Shown: positions 11,402 to 25,819 of the stretch, piece after piece
Position numbering within the stretch: position 1 is the stretch's first letter
Layout: each line of letters starts with the position of its first letter
Translations under genes and position numbers: made by a program
Notes under the pieces: model-generated
Told to the model about the DNA's origin: nothing
Seen by the model: the letters and a program-made list of their open reading frames with translations, nothing else
Database searches by the model: none
NCBI RefSeq assembly: GCF_963921235.1
Contig: NC_086098.1
Coordinates: 114,018,001 to 114,082,000, forward strand
From: Mobula hypostoma
Lineage: Eukaryota
Length of the DNA: 64,000 bases
Reading direction: 5' to 3'

Positions 11402-14400
11402 TGTACGGTATAGCCTACATTATAAAGGACTACTATAGGTTTTCGCAACACATCGTTGCATGCACTATTAGGGGCGTATTGATCTGTACATGTGTGCCGA
11501 GTTCGGATTCTGCTAGTAAAAGAACCATGAAACTTAGCTCCTGTCTCCAGCGTTTTTATTAATAGCATTGTTGTGTAACCAGGCCACATGTACAACGAAT
11601 TGGCGACAAGGATTATGAACCTACATCTTATAAGAATGCCGTGTTTTAGTTGATAACGACACTCGGAGAGAGAGAGAGAATCCAGACGCATCTAGACGGA
11701 GTGTGCTCATTGCGCTAGCAAAAAGGACACGTGAGTCAAAAAAAAAGAAAACAAGGGGAAAACAGGGCTAAATTATTATAACAAAGATGGTGATGATTAG
11801 AACCATTACAGCATTTGATAGTGGCATTGAAGACTGGGCAACTTACACTGAAAGAGTGGAGTTATAATGTGAGGCTAATGGCGTTAATGATGAAAAGAAA
11901 GGCAGCATCTTACTCAGTATTATGGGAGCAAAAATGAAAGCATTTCTGAATATTGTGCTGAATTGCACAAATTATCAGAACATTGTCAATTTGGAGCTGG
12001 TCTATTGGAAGCATTGAGGGATAGGTTAGTGTGTGGCATGCACTGTGAAACCACACAGAAGAAGCTTCTGTGTGAACAAGACCTTACATTAGAGAAGGCA
12101 CTGAATATTGCAATATCAATGGAAACAGCAGCACGGGGTGCTTCAGAGATACAACAAAAATCTCTGGAATATGCTACAAGTAAAATGTCACTGAACAGAA
12201 ATGAAGAAAAGAAATGTTACCGTTGTGGGAACAGGTCACATGACCCTGATGACTGTTGGTTTAAAGACAAAGAATGCAGAAACTGTGGCAAACAGGGCCA
12301 CGTTGGCAGAGTATGCAAAGCTGGTAAACAGCAGAAAAAGGACAAAGTACAGAGAAACAAGAAACCCCAGAAAGGAAAATACAGCAATGTATTTGTTCTG
12401 ATGAAGATGACTCAGACAAAAGTGAACTGACTTGTCCGCAACTTCACAGCGTGAAAGAGACAGATGATCAAAAAGTAATATGGATCACTCCACAAGTGGC
12501 AGGCGTGAGGTTGAAAATGGAGTTGGACACAGGCTCAGCTTTAACAGTGATCTCTGTACACGACTACAAACGACTGTTTTCTCACATACCTCTGAAACGA
12601 ACTAAACTACTGCTGAAGACCAGAAAGTGCATCCGAAAGGCAAAATTAAAGTGACAGTGACCCACGGAGACAAAACACAGCAGCTGAACCTCTATGTACT
12701 GAAAAATGGAGGACTACCGTTGCTGGGACGTGAATAGCTCAGGAAAATTCAGTTGGATTGGCACACCATCAAGGCACTAGATGTGTCAGCAAAGGCTACA
12801 TCTGAGAGACTGTCACAAATACTTGCTGCCTCTGAGGAAATGTTCATGAAAGGAATAGGAACATTCCAGGGCATGAAGGCAAGGATTGAGATTGAAGAAA
12901 ATGCATGCCCAAAGCCAGACCAGTGCCATATGCAATCCGTCCTACAGTAGAGGCAGAGCTGAAAACTCTGGAGCAGACTGGGGTCCTGTCAAAGGTGGAT
13001 TGGAGTGAATGGGCCACACCTATTGTTGCAGTGATGAAGAAAACCTCCCGCACAAAACCAGGAAAACCAAGGTGCACATATGCAGTGACTTTAAAGTGAC
13101 TGTTAACCCAGTTCTCCGTACAGTACCCTCTACCTCGTATTGAGGACATTTTTGCTCCCCTGTCAGGAGGGGAACATTTCACAAAAATCGATTTGACCCA
13201 GGCTTATCTCCAAATGGAAATCAATGAAGCATCCAAGAAATACCTGACGATAAATAGACACAAAGGCCTTTACCAGTACAACAGGTTGGTGTTTGGGATA
13301 GCATCAGCTCCTGCAGTCTGGGAAAAGGCAATGGACCAGGTCCTGCAGGGGATTCCAGGGACTCAGTGTTACCTGGATGACATCATTGTCACCAGCAAAG
13401 ATGATGACGAACATCTTTCTAACCTTGAACATGTGCTCACCAGGTTACGAGAATATGGGCTCAGAGCTAATTGATAGAAATGTGAGTTTTTCAAAAAGGA
13501 ACTCTCGTACTGTGGGCATGTGATCAACAAGGATGGCTTACGCGTCTCAAGATAAGATAGAAGCAGTGCTTAAGGCACCACCAACTGAGAATGTGTCTCA
13601 GCTGACAGCATACCTTGGTCTAGTGAACTATTACCAAGAGTTCTTGCCTAACCTATCCACAGTCCTACACCCACTAAATGCACTATTACAGACAGGGACA
13701 CAATGGAAGTGGACTGAAAGCTGTGAGAAAGCATCTCAAGAAACTAAAAGACTCATAACTTCAGAAGGGATGCTTTGACCCCTCCTTACCAATCCGACTA
13801 GCGTGTGACACCTCGCCCCATGGGATAGGAGCTGTGTTATCGCACAAGATTCCAGATGGCTCAGAAAGACCAATAGCCTTTGCCTCAAAACGCCAACTTC
13901 AGCTGAACACAACTATGCACAGATTGACAGAGAGACCCTAAGCCTCGTGTGGGGAATCAAGAAATTCGTCACTACCTGTATGGTCAAAAGTTTACCCTTT
14001 TGACTGACCATCAGCCTCTTGTGTAATCTTCAACCCAAGAAAAGGCATTCCAGTGATGACAGCACAAAGGCTACAGCAATGGTGTCTTTTCTTAGGAGGT
14101 CACAGGTATGACATTGAACACAAGGGGACCAAGCAACATGGCAACACAGATGGTTTGTCACGTTTACTGCTGACGACTTCAGAGATAACTACACAAATGG
14201 ATTCAGCAGAGTTCTTTCACACAATAGCTGAACAATTACCAGTGACATACAGCCTCATTGAAAGGGAAACACGCAATGACCCTATGTTGTCAAAAGTGTA
14301 TGACATCACGGTAAAGGGATGGCCAGCACAGGGTAACACACTGTTTCCAGCCTTCTCAGCGAGGAAGGAGCAGTTGTCAGTGTGTCAGGGAACACTAGCG

Positions 14401-15992
14401 TGTCGCTCACGAGTTGTGATTCCTCCCACTCTACACACCAGAGTGCTGGAGGAACTGCACGAGAGGCATCTGGGTACCATGAAGATGAAAAGTCTCGCTC
14501 GTGCCTATGTGTGGTGGCCAGGAATCCATAAACAGATTTAGGACTTGACCAAGAACTGCTTGGGATATTAAAAGATCCAGAACACACCACCACAAGCTCT
14601 TCTCCATCCATGGCAGTGGCCCTCATCACTATGGCAACGAGTGCACATCGACTTTGCTGGACCATTCATGGACTCTATCTTTTTAATCGCCGTCGATGCA
14701 CATTCCAAATGGCCAGAGGTCATCAAAATGAAGACTACCACATCGGAAAAGACCATTACAGTTCTGAGGATCATGTTCGCCAGGAATGGCATACCGGAAC
14801 AAATCTGCACAGATAATGGATGACAATTTGTCTCTGAAGAATTCCAAAGTTTTGTGAAGAACAATGGAATCAAGCACTTTACATCTGCCCCTTATCATCC
14901 ATCCACAAATGGCTTGGCAGAAAGATTTGTGCAGACATTCAAAATGGACAGCGAAAATTGATCACTGCAACACAAGATAGACAACTTCCTCCTTGCCTAC
15001 TGTAATGCAGTACATGCAACCACTAAGCAGACTCCAGCGATGAGGTTTCTGAACAGGAACCTGAGGTCCCGCATGGATCTTCTCAAACCAGATGTACGGT
15101 GTGATGTGGAAAACAAACAGTTCAAACACTTGAATGCCAAGTCAACACGGAGCTTCAGTGTGGGACAGTCAGTGCTTGCACATGATTACTGGACTGAAAA
15201 GTGACAGCTGAGTACAATTTCCGCCATTGACGGGCCACTGATGTATAGCATACAGGTGGGAGAGAACATATGGAGACGGCATGTGGACCAAATCCTGGAT
15301 GCTCAGGTGAAAAACACAACACCACTTTCCCCAGATTCCCATGACATAGAAGCACGTCATGTGGACCAAATACTGAATGCTCAGGTGAAAAACACAACAA
15401 CACCTTGCCAGGACTCCCCAGATATAGAAGCAAACATTCCTGATGTGACCACGTCAGCCTCATCTACAGATAAGCCTGTCATCAGTGCTGAGGGCCCACC
15501 TGATGTACCTGTGGAGACTCATTCCCCAACACAAAAGTTTCAGGACAGACGTTACCCGGAGAGGCAGAGAAGACAAACCCCCCCCCCCACCCCCAGAGAC
15601 TTGAGTTTTGCATGGGTCTTAGACCAAAAGTTTATAAAAAGGCTTGTTATAATTTGATATTAAGTTACTAAGTAAACAAATGGTAGGCGTTTGTATGTTA
15701 AGGATAAACATATTTGTTAGCATAGTGCCCCAGTAAAAAAAAAGTTGATACACCATTAAAATAAAAGGGGAGGAGTGTACCGAGCCTACATTATAAGGGA
15801 CTACTTTATGTTTTAGTAACACGTCGTGCATGCGCTATTAGGCGCATATTAAGCATGCGTTATTAGCCACGTATTGATCTATATGTGTGTGCTGAGTTCG
15901 GATTCTGCTAGTAAAGGAACCACGAAACTTAGCTCCCGTCTCCAGTGTTTTTATTAATAGCATTGCTGTGTAACCAGGCCACATACACAATA
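11402..15992 (+). mobile_element. Complete decayed Ty3/Gypsy LTR retrotransposon, Mag-like
   Basis: LTRs 11402-11597 and 15776-15992, 5-bp TSD ATAAT (11397-11401/15993-15997), PBS tggcgacaagga (tRNA-Ser-like) at 11601, PPT aaaaggggaggag 15763-15775. Confidence 0.92.
11787..15590 (+). pseudogene. gag-pol of Mag-like element, many stops and frameshifts
   Basis: LRDRLVCG, two CCHC knuckles (CYRC..H..C, CRNC..H..C), LDTGS protease, EWATPIV, YLDD, HIDFAGP, TDNG integrase. Confidence 0.9.
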
Positions 15993-18144
15993 ATAATAAA
16001 ATTTCCTTTTTAGTTCATTAAAACTACAGTCAAATATGTTTGCATGTATGCTACTAGGAACTTTTTGAAGAGGCATTAATCAGGTTTGTTGACAACAGAT
16101 GTTTCAGTTAATGGATTACATTTTACTCAGCAATTCAAGTTTGTCCTGCCTAGGATCCAGTAAGGCACATTTTTAAACGATTCCTTCCCTAAAGGTCACA
16201 AATTATCTTGACCTAGAAACACATCCCCGGTTCTTCACCGTTTCTGGGTCTAAATCCTGGAACTTTCCCCTAATTGTATATATTCAAAGTATTTTCACAC
16301 AAAGACCGCAGTGGCTTAGAATGATTGCACGCCAACACATTCATGAGTAATTAAGGACTGAAAAAGAATGCTGGGCTTGCCAATGAAAGCCACAATTCTT
16401 AAATTAAAGTCCCTCAAAATAAAAGGTGTCTTGAAGGTCTTCTTACTTGAACAAGCCAAATGGACTAGCTGTTTGCAGGCTTGGAGCCAACTTTTTGAAC
16501 AAAATTTATATGATCAAACAGAAGAAGCATTCAGACTATTATTTCAATAATACACCCCTAACTTTCCCTCACACCAATATATCTAAGATTTCTAGTCAAT
16601 TAGGTATTCTGCCTCAGTCAAAACTGTTCAAGTGATACTACATTCCACTGAGATTCCAAAAGTTTTATTTTATCTTCAAATATAGATTTCCTTTCCACCA
16701 TAGGTGATAGGCTCTCAAATTTGTAAGTTTTCATTTCCTGTAATTTTGTTCATGCCACTTCTTTCCCCCATGACCAGAACGAGAAATTTCCCTTGCCCTT
16801 TCTTTTCACCCATCAACTTCCACAAGCAGATCACCCTCCAGAATATCCAATGTACAAAATACATTTGCACAATCAATCAATCTTATATCCCCTTTCAAAG
16901 GGATGCGATTTCCAGGATGCTTTGGTTCTACCTTCCACTTACAGCAACTCTCATTCCATTCACGTGACACCACCCCATATAAATTCTGAAGACGGGAGAC
17001 CTGTTGACATGTTTGGTACAGCTTTGTGGGCTGAAGGGCCTGTATTGTGCTGCAAGTTTTCTATGTTTCTATCTGCCTTTTCACTGCTCCCTTTCCACCA
17101 CTCAGGGCTCCACTCTGAGACGAAGGAGCTCTTTATTTCTCAATTTTCTGTATTCTACTTTTGATGCTCACAATAAAAATCTATCCAAGTTAGTGATACA
17201 TCTTTATTCAGTCTATGAGCACAACACGAAAGTTATACACAGCTATTACTTTAATTCTCCATTGCATTCCCAATCTGATCCTTTTCCTACACTGTTCCAA
17301 ATCCACACATACTTCTTGTAATTCATCTTTATCATCTTCACCGCCTGCTCCATGACAATTTTCACCATGTGTCCTATTCTCCATCAAGTTCACACTTGCC
17401 CTTTTGTTCTTTGCCTCTCCTATTTTTCCACATAATTTAAAGAATTGTTGTATCACCAACATTGCTTACTTTACTTTATTGTCGCCAAACAATTGATACT
17501 ACAGTGTACAATCATCACAGCAATATTTGATTCTGCGCTTCGCGCTTCCTGGATTACAAATCGATAGCAAATATTAAAAATTTAAATTATAAATCATAAA
17601 TAGAAAATAGAAAAGAGAAAGTAAGGTAGTGCAAAAAAAAACTGAGAGGCAGGTCCGGATATTTGGAGGATACGGCCCAGATCCGGCTTCCTCCCAATTA
17701 AACATCATCAGCATATTAACTATTTTCTTCTCCAAGAAGCTGCCTGGCACATCTATTTATAGTACTTTGTCAATATGGAAAACTTTGATAAAAAAAAGTT
17801 CAATACCTTCAAATGAACAAAAAACAAAAATCAAACCTACTGAAATTAATTTTTTGTCAGAAATCAAGCACATGTGGAAAATTTGAAGAGGAATGCTGTA
17901 AAGACCATCAACCTTAAATGTTCATTCTGTTCTGTTCACAGGTAGATTATCCCAACACTTTTATTGGAAGTTACATTTCAAGTAATAAATTCTAAAGAAT
18001 TTTTTGTACAACACCATTTCAATTAAACATCCTTTCATGCAAGCTAAAAACAGAGAACAATTTAAAACTAACAGCAATTCAAGGCGACAATATTGCCAAT
18101 AGCTAACTTTTGTTTTGCACCAAGAATGTGAAACCGCTGTGTAC

Positions 18145-18290
18145 CTTTGCAGGATTAGCCGATCTGCTCCGGCCACGAACATCATGCGTGCTAACAACGC
18201 GCCTTGGCCAGTCAGACATCCTAGCATGAAGATTCTTGCAGGTTGGTGGAGATGAGTTGGCAAATGCTGAACGAGGACAAATTGGAATAA
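18145..18290 (-). CDS. MAP7: MAP7 coding exon (alternative in-frame acceptor at 18266)
   Basis: ctgcag|...|gtacac, 146 nt, phase 1-0; VIPICPRSAFANSSPPTCKNLHARMSDWPRRVVSTHDVRGRSRSANPAK. Confidence 0.88.
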
Positions 18291-20084
18291 CTGCAGTATT
18301 ATGTGAAGTTGAAGAATGAAGGTGAAGAATAAGAGGAGAAAAGACAGCAAGCATTAGCTTGAAAGGAATGCAAAAAGTTACCAAAACCATCTCTGATGTT
18401 GCATTAATCTACTTTTGCCAAAGCTCAAAGATGGTTTCAGTTTCCAAATAAAAGACTCCTTCACAAATCAAACTGAAAACTAATTTAAAAACTTCTTTCA
18501 ACTTTTTTTTGTCAGAAGTATCTAATTTTTTAAAATTTTGCCAATAATCAAGATATCTCTGCACTCAAATTTTCTGATACGGATTTTTTTCGGTGTCAAC
18601 CAAATGATATGACACTTAATAAGATTGCAAGATTTTGTATTTTTTTTTGTAGTTGAATTTTGAAAAGCAAAAAAATCAAACCAGTACACTGCTCCTACAT
18701 GGGAATTGAGAATGAGTAAAATGGAAAAGCAATATACAGGTTTAATAGGAAGTAAAATGGGATTATGAGATGAGAAATGGGGAGGTAATATATGGTCTTG
18801 CCAAACGTGATCCTTCATCTGATGAAGATTAATGTAAAAAAATTGTAAATTTCCAATAATTAAAATTGTAGCAAACATATGCGAAACTGGAGGGACTGTT
18901 TAGTGGTAATTAAGAGTTAACACTTAAAATTTTATTCTCCTTATATGATGAACTCCAAAACTATTTGGTGTCTTGAGTAGGTAGCTATCACCCAAGTATA
19001 ACCAGATGTTTCTGAATGCCAAGCTTCTCAGCAAAGTACTAGGATAGTGAAGCCCCTTGGAAAAATGGAGCAATCCGGACAGTAATTTCTTGCAGTACCT
19101 ATTGATACCAGAAAACACTAACCAATTACTTCTTGGCGAATCATAAACTTGCTATTATGGAACAATAAGATGCAGAAAATGTGTCCAGCTCATCTTTAGC
19201 AATAACTACTTCTACGAAAATTTTTCAGGCAGAGAGGTCTGCATGTAATTAACTTCTGGGTCTTCAAAAATCAACTCTCTCAACCTATCCAACAAACAGA
19301 AATGGTTTTGGTTTTATAGTGCAGTTAAAGTCAGGAAACACATCACACACATACACAATGATAAAATAGCACTACAAGCAGCTAACAGGTTGTTAAAGAT
19401 GATAAGAGATTTCATAATTTATTTGTAAACGTCTTATCCTTCCAGCTGCCAGAACACAAAATGCATAAAGAAAGTAGATGTTGCAGATCATCAGCAGAGT
19501 GTATTCGCAAGAACAAGAGCAAATTGTTCTAGAAAAGGTCAGCAGATTAAGCCTTCTTTTAATATAAAGAATTACAAACACTATATAACAACTCTGAAGG
19601 CAATTAAAAACTTCAAACAGAGCAACCGTCAAGATGAAAAAACTTCAAATATGACTGTTATTGAAATTGCACTTAAAATTTAACTTGCAATATACATAGC
19701 TCAAGCAGTCAACCTGCTTCAATGCTACACTTCAAAATTAACGAGTCCTAAAACGCCAATGTTAATAAAACAAAACATGTTTAATCAGGAAAGGATTAGT
19801 TTGAAAAATATGATAATTGGGTGACTTTGTAGTAGGTATGGTTTTAATAGCCTTAATATAACATTTTTACAAATGTGCTAATCAGATGAAGGTTGGCTAC
19901 AATTTTTATTTAGCCAAGTAGAAAATGTCAGAACTTTTCCCAATATCTATTGTATTTTTGCTTTCAGATAATTACACAGCTGAGCCTTGCAGAAGTATCT
20001 CTTCTGAAATATTAAATGTTTCTCTAACAATAAATGCTGCCTGATGTGACTATTTCTCCTACTTGACAGCAAAAGTTGCCCGTT

Positions 20085-20470
20085 AAAATTTAAAGAGGTC
20101 TTGGAGTCCAGTTCATGGCTCACTCAAAATGGTCAGGCAAATCAATCAATAGGATGGATTAAAAAGATGCAGGGCATGCTGACCTTTATTGTTTGGGCAT
20201 TGACTACCACAGTCGAGAAATCATGATGTTACTTTGGTTAGACCACATTTGGATTATTGGATACCACTCTGGTTGTTCCAGTACAAGAAGGATCTAGCAG
20301 TTTTGAAAAGTGTGGAGTAGAGGTTTACTGTGATTCAGCTTGGATTAAAGGGTTTGAGCTATAAGGAGAGGTTGGAGAACTTGGGATGTATTTCCGGAGT
20401 ATCAAAGGCTGAGGGGAGACCTAATAGAAGTTTATAATGTTATGAGAGGCACAGAGAGAGTCATAACCCT
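20085..20470 (+). mobile_element. Old CR1 LINE 3' fragment
   Basis: Decayed VRPHLDY..W and RLRGDLIEVY motifs. Confidence 0.6.
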
Positions 20471-21587
20471 TTTCTCAACAGAGTATTTCAGACATTGTTC
20501 CAGCAACCTTAGATGCAAAGTCCAAATACAGAGCAGTCTCCTGGCTGTCTGTCATGAGCCTCCTAAACTGTCTCCTGCAGAAACTGCAGCACTGCTATAC
20601 ACAGATTTTGTGACATGTGATTATGTGATCATGGGAGGCATAAGCGAGCGTTCCACGGTCTCATGTAAGCAGGAGCTGATTTTCCAGGAACATCAGAGGA
20701 CTCTAAAAAGGGCTAGAAACCTTGAATAATTTAACATTTTATCCATTGCATCTGGGCATTTCAAAAGCTGCATTATTGATAATATTCATTGACGTAACTT
20801 TCACCTAACAAGATTTACTCAGATACATCAAAAGTTGTAAATTACCTCTCCGTTTCATGCATTAATGGCTTAAGTTATTCATATTGAGAGTGTTTGCTCC
20901 TTCTGATAGCTGATGTAAAAGTTTTTTTTAAATTGAGGACATGTCCAACATGTTTTAATTTTAAGTCTGGTAATGTAATTGGAAAAAAAGTAAAAAACTT
21001 ATTTCATATTAGAGATACTCCTGGTATGTAGAACAGCTAACTTAACGCTTGCTAAGAAATCTGGAGCCACCAGTAACTGACTAGTTTTTCCCATCGGCTT
21101 AAAATAATTTTTAAAAAAATCAAGTGTGATAGGCCTGTAGTTTTCTAATTTGGCATATGTTTTCACCAACCTCTTTCATATGCAAGAATCACTTTTGGAC
21201 TAAATCAACAAGAAAGATATATTGAATTCATATTAATTCATCATTCCTTTCAACCATGGATCTCAGTGACCCAAAATGGGAAAAAAATCACTTAAACTGC
21301 TAACAATCTGCATAATTACTTGAAGTATATCTGAGTGTTGCTCCTTTTATTTTATATAATGCCAAATTTTCAATGTAAATAATTAGCAGATTTAGTTTGC
21401 TTAGACTCCAGTACCTACAAATTCCCTTCAGATTTTAAATCTAATAGCACTAATTAATGTATTCCTACTTCATACTCGTAAACAGTGTAGCATTTAACTA
21501 CATTAAAAATTAAGTAGAATTGTACTGATTCAATCTGATTCCAACTATGTAATGTACTTCCTACCAGTACTTAGTGACATGTAATCA

Positions 21588-21857
<270 letters not shown>

Positions 21858-22849
21858 TCAAATATTTCAATCCATTTTAAATATAAATATTGTGAGACAA
21901 GAAAACTTGGAAGTGATAATTAAGCCTTACAATAAATTACTTTTCAGGTTAAACTTCATGCATGAATGCATTAAATGGATTATTGAGACTTTGGATTAAA
22001 GTATAAGAAAGAAATATTTTGAATATGAAGTTTAATTCATAAATAAAAGTCATTGGGCTTTGTTGCACATGTCACAGAAAAACTTATGCAGGCATGCTGC
22101 CAAAATGCACTCTAATTTACAAAAAAATAGATGCTTCAGAAATATGTTGATATGCCCAAAAGAGTATTTAGAAGTAAAGTAACCAAAGTACCAAAAAAGT
22201 GAACTTTAGTTTAAATACACAAATAGTTGAAAACAACATACAGAACAAGCAAAGTAAGATTGGCTTCATGCAGAGCAATGTACAGGGATTACCACATTAA
22301 CGCATCATCTTCAGAAGCCACACACAAGCCTTCCAAAAATTGTGTCTTACTATCATAATGTGAAAATAATCTGGAAATCAAATCCTTTTGCTACACAGAC
22401 GGATAACTTCCCTTTGCATTTTTTTAAAAATGAGTCCCAAATTGTTTTATCATTGATAATCCTTGAACCAAATAATGCTTATATATGTACTAACAATCTC
22501 CATTTGCATTTACTTATTTCTGCAGTACACCAAGCTTCTACAACTGCTAATCACAGATTTACCTATAACTTGTAATACCTATAAGCATTACTTTCTGGAA
22601 ATTGGAATTCCAGATTTGGGGAAAGAGTTAAACAGTTATCTTTAAACAGAGAGTTTGAAAACATTCAATGTTCAATTTATAACATTAGTGTTCATCACTA
22701 GCTTCGTGCCCAGAAAAATACAATAGCACAGTCTCAAACAAAGGTTGCAATGTTCCTAACTATCAGCACTAACAGAGGGCATGTAGTTGAAAGCACAATT
22801 ATTCCGATAAATTGTTTAAGTATCTTGTTGTTTGGGTGGAAGAGCTTAG

Positions 22850-24230
22850 CAGGGGTAGTATACCTAAAAGACATGTGACCAGGATGGAATGCATAGGTAT
22901 TTTGTTGGTACGTGGCATGGAGTGTTGCCCCTTGATTCTTTAACCACTAACTGAAAGAAGTTCTTTCGATTAGTCCTGATGAAGGTCTCGGCCCAAAACG
23001 TCGACTGTACCTCTTCCAACAGACGCTGCCTGGCCTGCTGTGTTCACCAGCATTTTTTGTGTGTGTTGATCCATAGAGTGTGCTCTTTTTCTTTTTAACA
23101 GTTAACAAGAAAAAGTTAAAAAATATTCAACACCTTATGTATTTTCCAGTGAGCAAAGTTAAAAAAGAAAGATTAATGATGGGAATAAATATAGCACAAC
23201 TACTAATAAAAGATATTAGTTAATGTAAATTTCCTTCCACTTGTCTTGATGAAAGCACTAATGTTACATCATCAGCTAGGCTAGCTCGATTTTGTAGGAA
23301 TGATGAAATATGCACATAGCTCATTACCTGAACCTGAACTTTTGAGCATCATTGGTTCAATTACTGAACAATTTTCTTTAAGATTCACTAAGCTCAGGTA
23401 TTCAAAGAAATTGCAAAATTCATGAAGTAACATTAGACAAACTGGATTGATTGGGATAATTTTGAAATGCAATTGATTGATTCACAAAGCAGCTCAATTT
23501 GGAGACAAAAATTGTCGACTTAAGAGCTGGACCAGAAAATATTGAAGAAGATTGATTGGTTAGTGACTTCATCAAAGCATAAAATCCAGACAATGAGGTT
23601 CTAAAGCTCTGGAAATCAATTCCTGACATTTTTAAATGCCTGAAAAATCTTGCAATAGCAATATTAACAGTATTTTCATTGACATATGTGTATGAGTTAT
23701 TGTTTTCAGTGATGACCTTGGTCAAGTCTATTTATAGTAGACTTACTGATAAAACTAGTGCTACATGCATAGTTCTCAAAACAACCAAATACAAGCTGGA
23801 TATAAAATATTTGTCATCATTAATGCGGCAACAAAAGTCTCACTGAGAGTAAAGTTTGTTCAATCTACTTCACTTGATCTTTTACAAATATGCGTGGTTT
23901 ACACTTTCACGTTCACAATCCTTATGAGGTACAATAACACTTAGAAATTGTGTTAATTTTCAATTATCTTTTTAAAAGATTGATATTAATAATTTTAACA
24001 GACTTTCTAAAATGTTTTATTTATTTCAATTTGTCTGTTATACTTTTATTAATGGTAAAACAATGAATACATGTAAATAACAAGACTCATTGTTTTCCTT
24101 TAAAAACAAAGGTCCACTTGTTAATCAATGATAATCACTGCTCAAAGTTACCATGGCGTAAAAGAGAAACTTTTTTTAGTAAATTATCACCAATTTGAGC
24201 ACACACCCTCAAAAAAGTCCACTACCCCTG
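22850..24230 (+). mobile_element. Internally deleted hAT-Charlie DNA transposon
   Basis: TIRs caggggtagtatac / gtccactacccctg; transposase remnants CLDESTNVTSSARLA (~23240) and dimerisation domain WKSIPDIFKCLKNLAIAILTVFSLTYVYELLFS (~23610-23710). Confidence 0.8.
22972..23006 (+). ncRNA. Penelope pLTR hammerhead motif, inactivated
   Basis: agtc-CTGATGA-aggtctcggccc-AAAAC-GTC-gact; core G12 changed to A. Confidence 0.6.
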
Positions 24231-25163
24231 GCTTCGAGACCGACACCTTTCACTCTTCACCTTAACATTGCTATTTAGATGGACATTAATCACTTGCCAT
24301 TTGTGGTCTTATGTGCAAATAGGCATATTTGCTGTCTGGACAGATGGAAGACAAGACAGTTTATAAAATATAAGTTCGTTATTGAAGTATTTTTTTCCCC
24401 ACGACCCAATTATTGGATTTTGAGTTTAACTTATGTAAAGTAGGAAGGGAAGGGTGTGTATGGGAAGGAGAAATTAAATTTCAAATCTACTCCATATATC
24501 ACTTCCATTTGATTATTGTCCTGATTAGCTACCTCAATTATGATCTCCACCTCCCATTAGGAAGGGCCAGGAAATGATACTTTGAACGAAGCTGCTGTTT
24601 TACACTGTAGTGAAAGGCGAGATTGCCAACAAATTGTGAGCTGCCATACAGATTTTTTGCCTCCATTTGAACCTGAGGCTAGGGGGTAGGGTAGGTGAGG
24701 AGAGGCATTGCTTTAAATGTCAGGATAAGTATTTTAAAACTGAGAAATTACCACACTGTATTGTCTAAATGATTCCAGGGGCCATCAGTGACTAGGTAAT
24801 GAGAAATCAGAAAAGCACCAGAAAAAGCAAAGGAAGGGCTGGGGGATGTCAGGGAACACTGAAACAAGAGACTGGAGAAAACACACATCACTTGTTTTAC
24901 CCAAAATGGGCTGAGGCAAGGATGATTATGCAGGAGACGGAAATTACTGAGGATTTCCATGTCCTGCATAATCTGAAGTCAAAGACATCAAGACGTCCTT
25001 TATTACATTCAGGTAGAGCAAGCGGGAGTAGGTGGGTTGACAGGAGAAAAAGTGGTACAGAAGAATCAGACCGGCCAAATGGCTTTGGTATTCCAATACA
25101 ATACTACAAATAATAACTTGGCTTCTAATATTAAAACAGATTGAATATCATCAATATCCTTAC

Positions 25164-25220
25164 TTTTTGACATTGCGCAGCTAATTGCTTCAGAAATACC
25201 CAGCTGCTCTCTCATTAAAC
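25164..25220 (-). CDS. MAP7: candidate alternative (cassette) MAP7 exon, 57 nt (66 nt from the upstream in-frame acceptor at 25229)
   Basis: gtaagg donor, tandem CAG acceptors, stop-free, symmetric phase 1-1 matching the flanking exons; GLMREQLGISEAISCAMSK; no transcript evidence. Confidence 0.45.
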
Positions 25221-25819
25221 CTGGCCTGGCTGGCTGTAAAGTCAGTTACAATTCAGTCTGTAGAAGCATGCTGTAGTAACAGAATTACTAGAAACTTTCA
25301 AGATCCTTTTTGCTCCCTTTCCTTTATATATTTTGTGTTCTTCAAGCAATTTTAATAAACCAACTAAGAGGTGTAAAGCAACCAGTATCTATTTTGGAAA
25401 ACTTGATTGGTTTGCTGTACAAATGTAAAAGGAAGTGCTTCCCAGATAATTTCACAACCGAAGTCATGTTGCAGTTAATGAGTAATTAGGTGATAAATAC
25501 AAAATTCATTCATGTCTTAGAAACACCTTGTTTGGATTCAGAGCAGAATTTCTCTGGCGTAGATGAACATAACTTAGAGGGCTGTTTAATAAAGGATGAA
25601 ATCCTTTGCTTGAGAGCTGAACAAAAATTAAATATGCTGTTAAGTAGTCTCTCCTATTTTCTCATATGCCCTTCCATTAATAACTCATGGTTAAACATTC
25701 AAGCTTATTTCATGCCATTTCCAGTACACAGGTGTAAGGGAGGGCAAAATAATTGTTACTCAGCATATTTAAAAAACATATGGAGAACACAATACTAAAA
25801 AAAACCCACAATAAATATA

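Noticed and set aside
17961-18390. ORFs of 95-129 aa as stand-alone genes (also 29246..29452, 27581..27772, 21585..21821, 6655..6861)
   Set aside because: They are MAP7 exons with intronic read-through, or alternative frames over them
22290-22395. Possible micro-exons (16, 20 or 40 nt) near a TGCATG motif
   Set aside because: None is frame-preserving between phase-1 exons and there is no homology support
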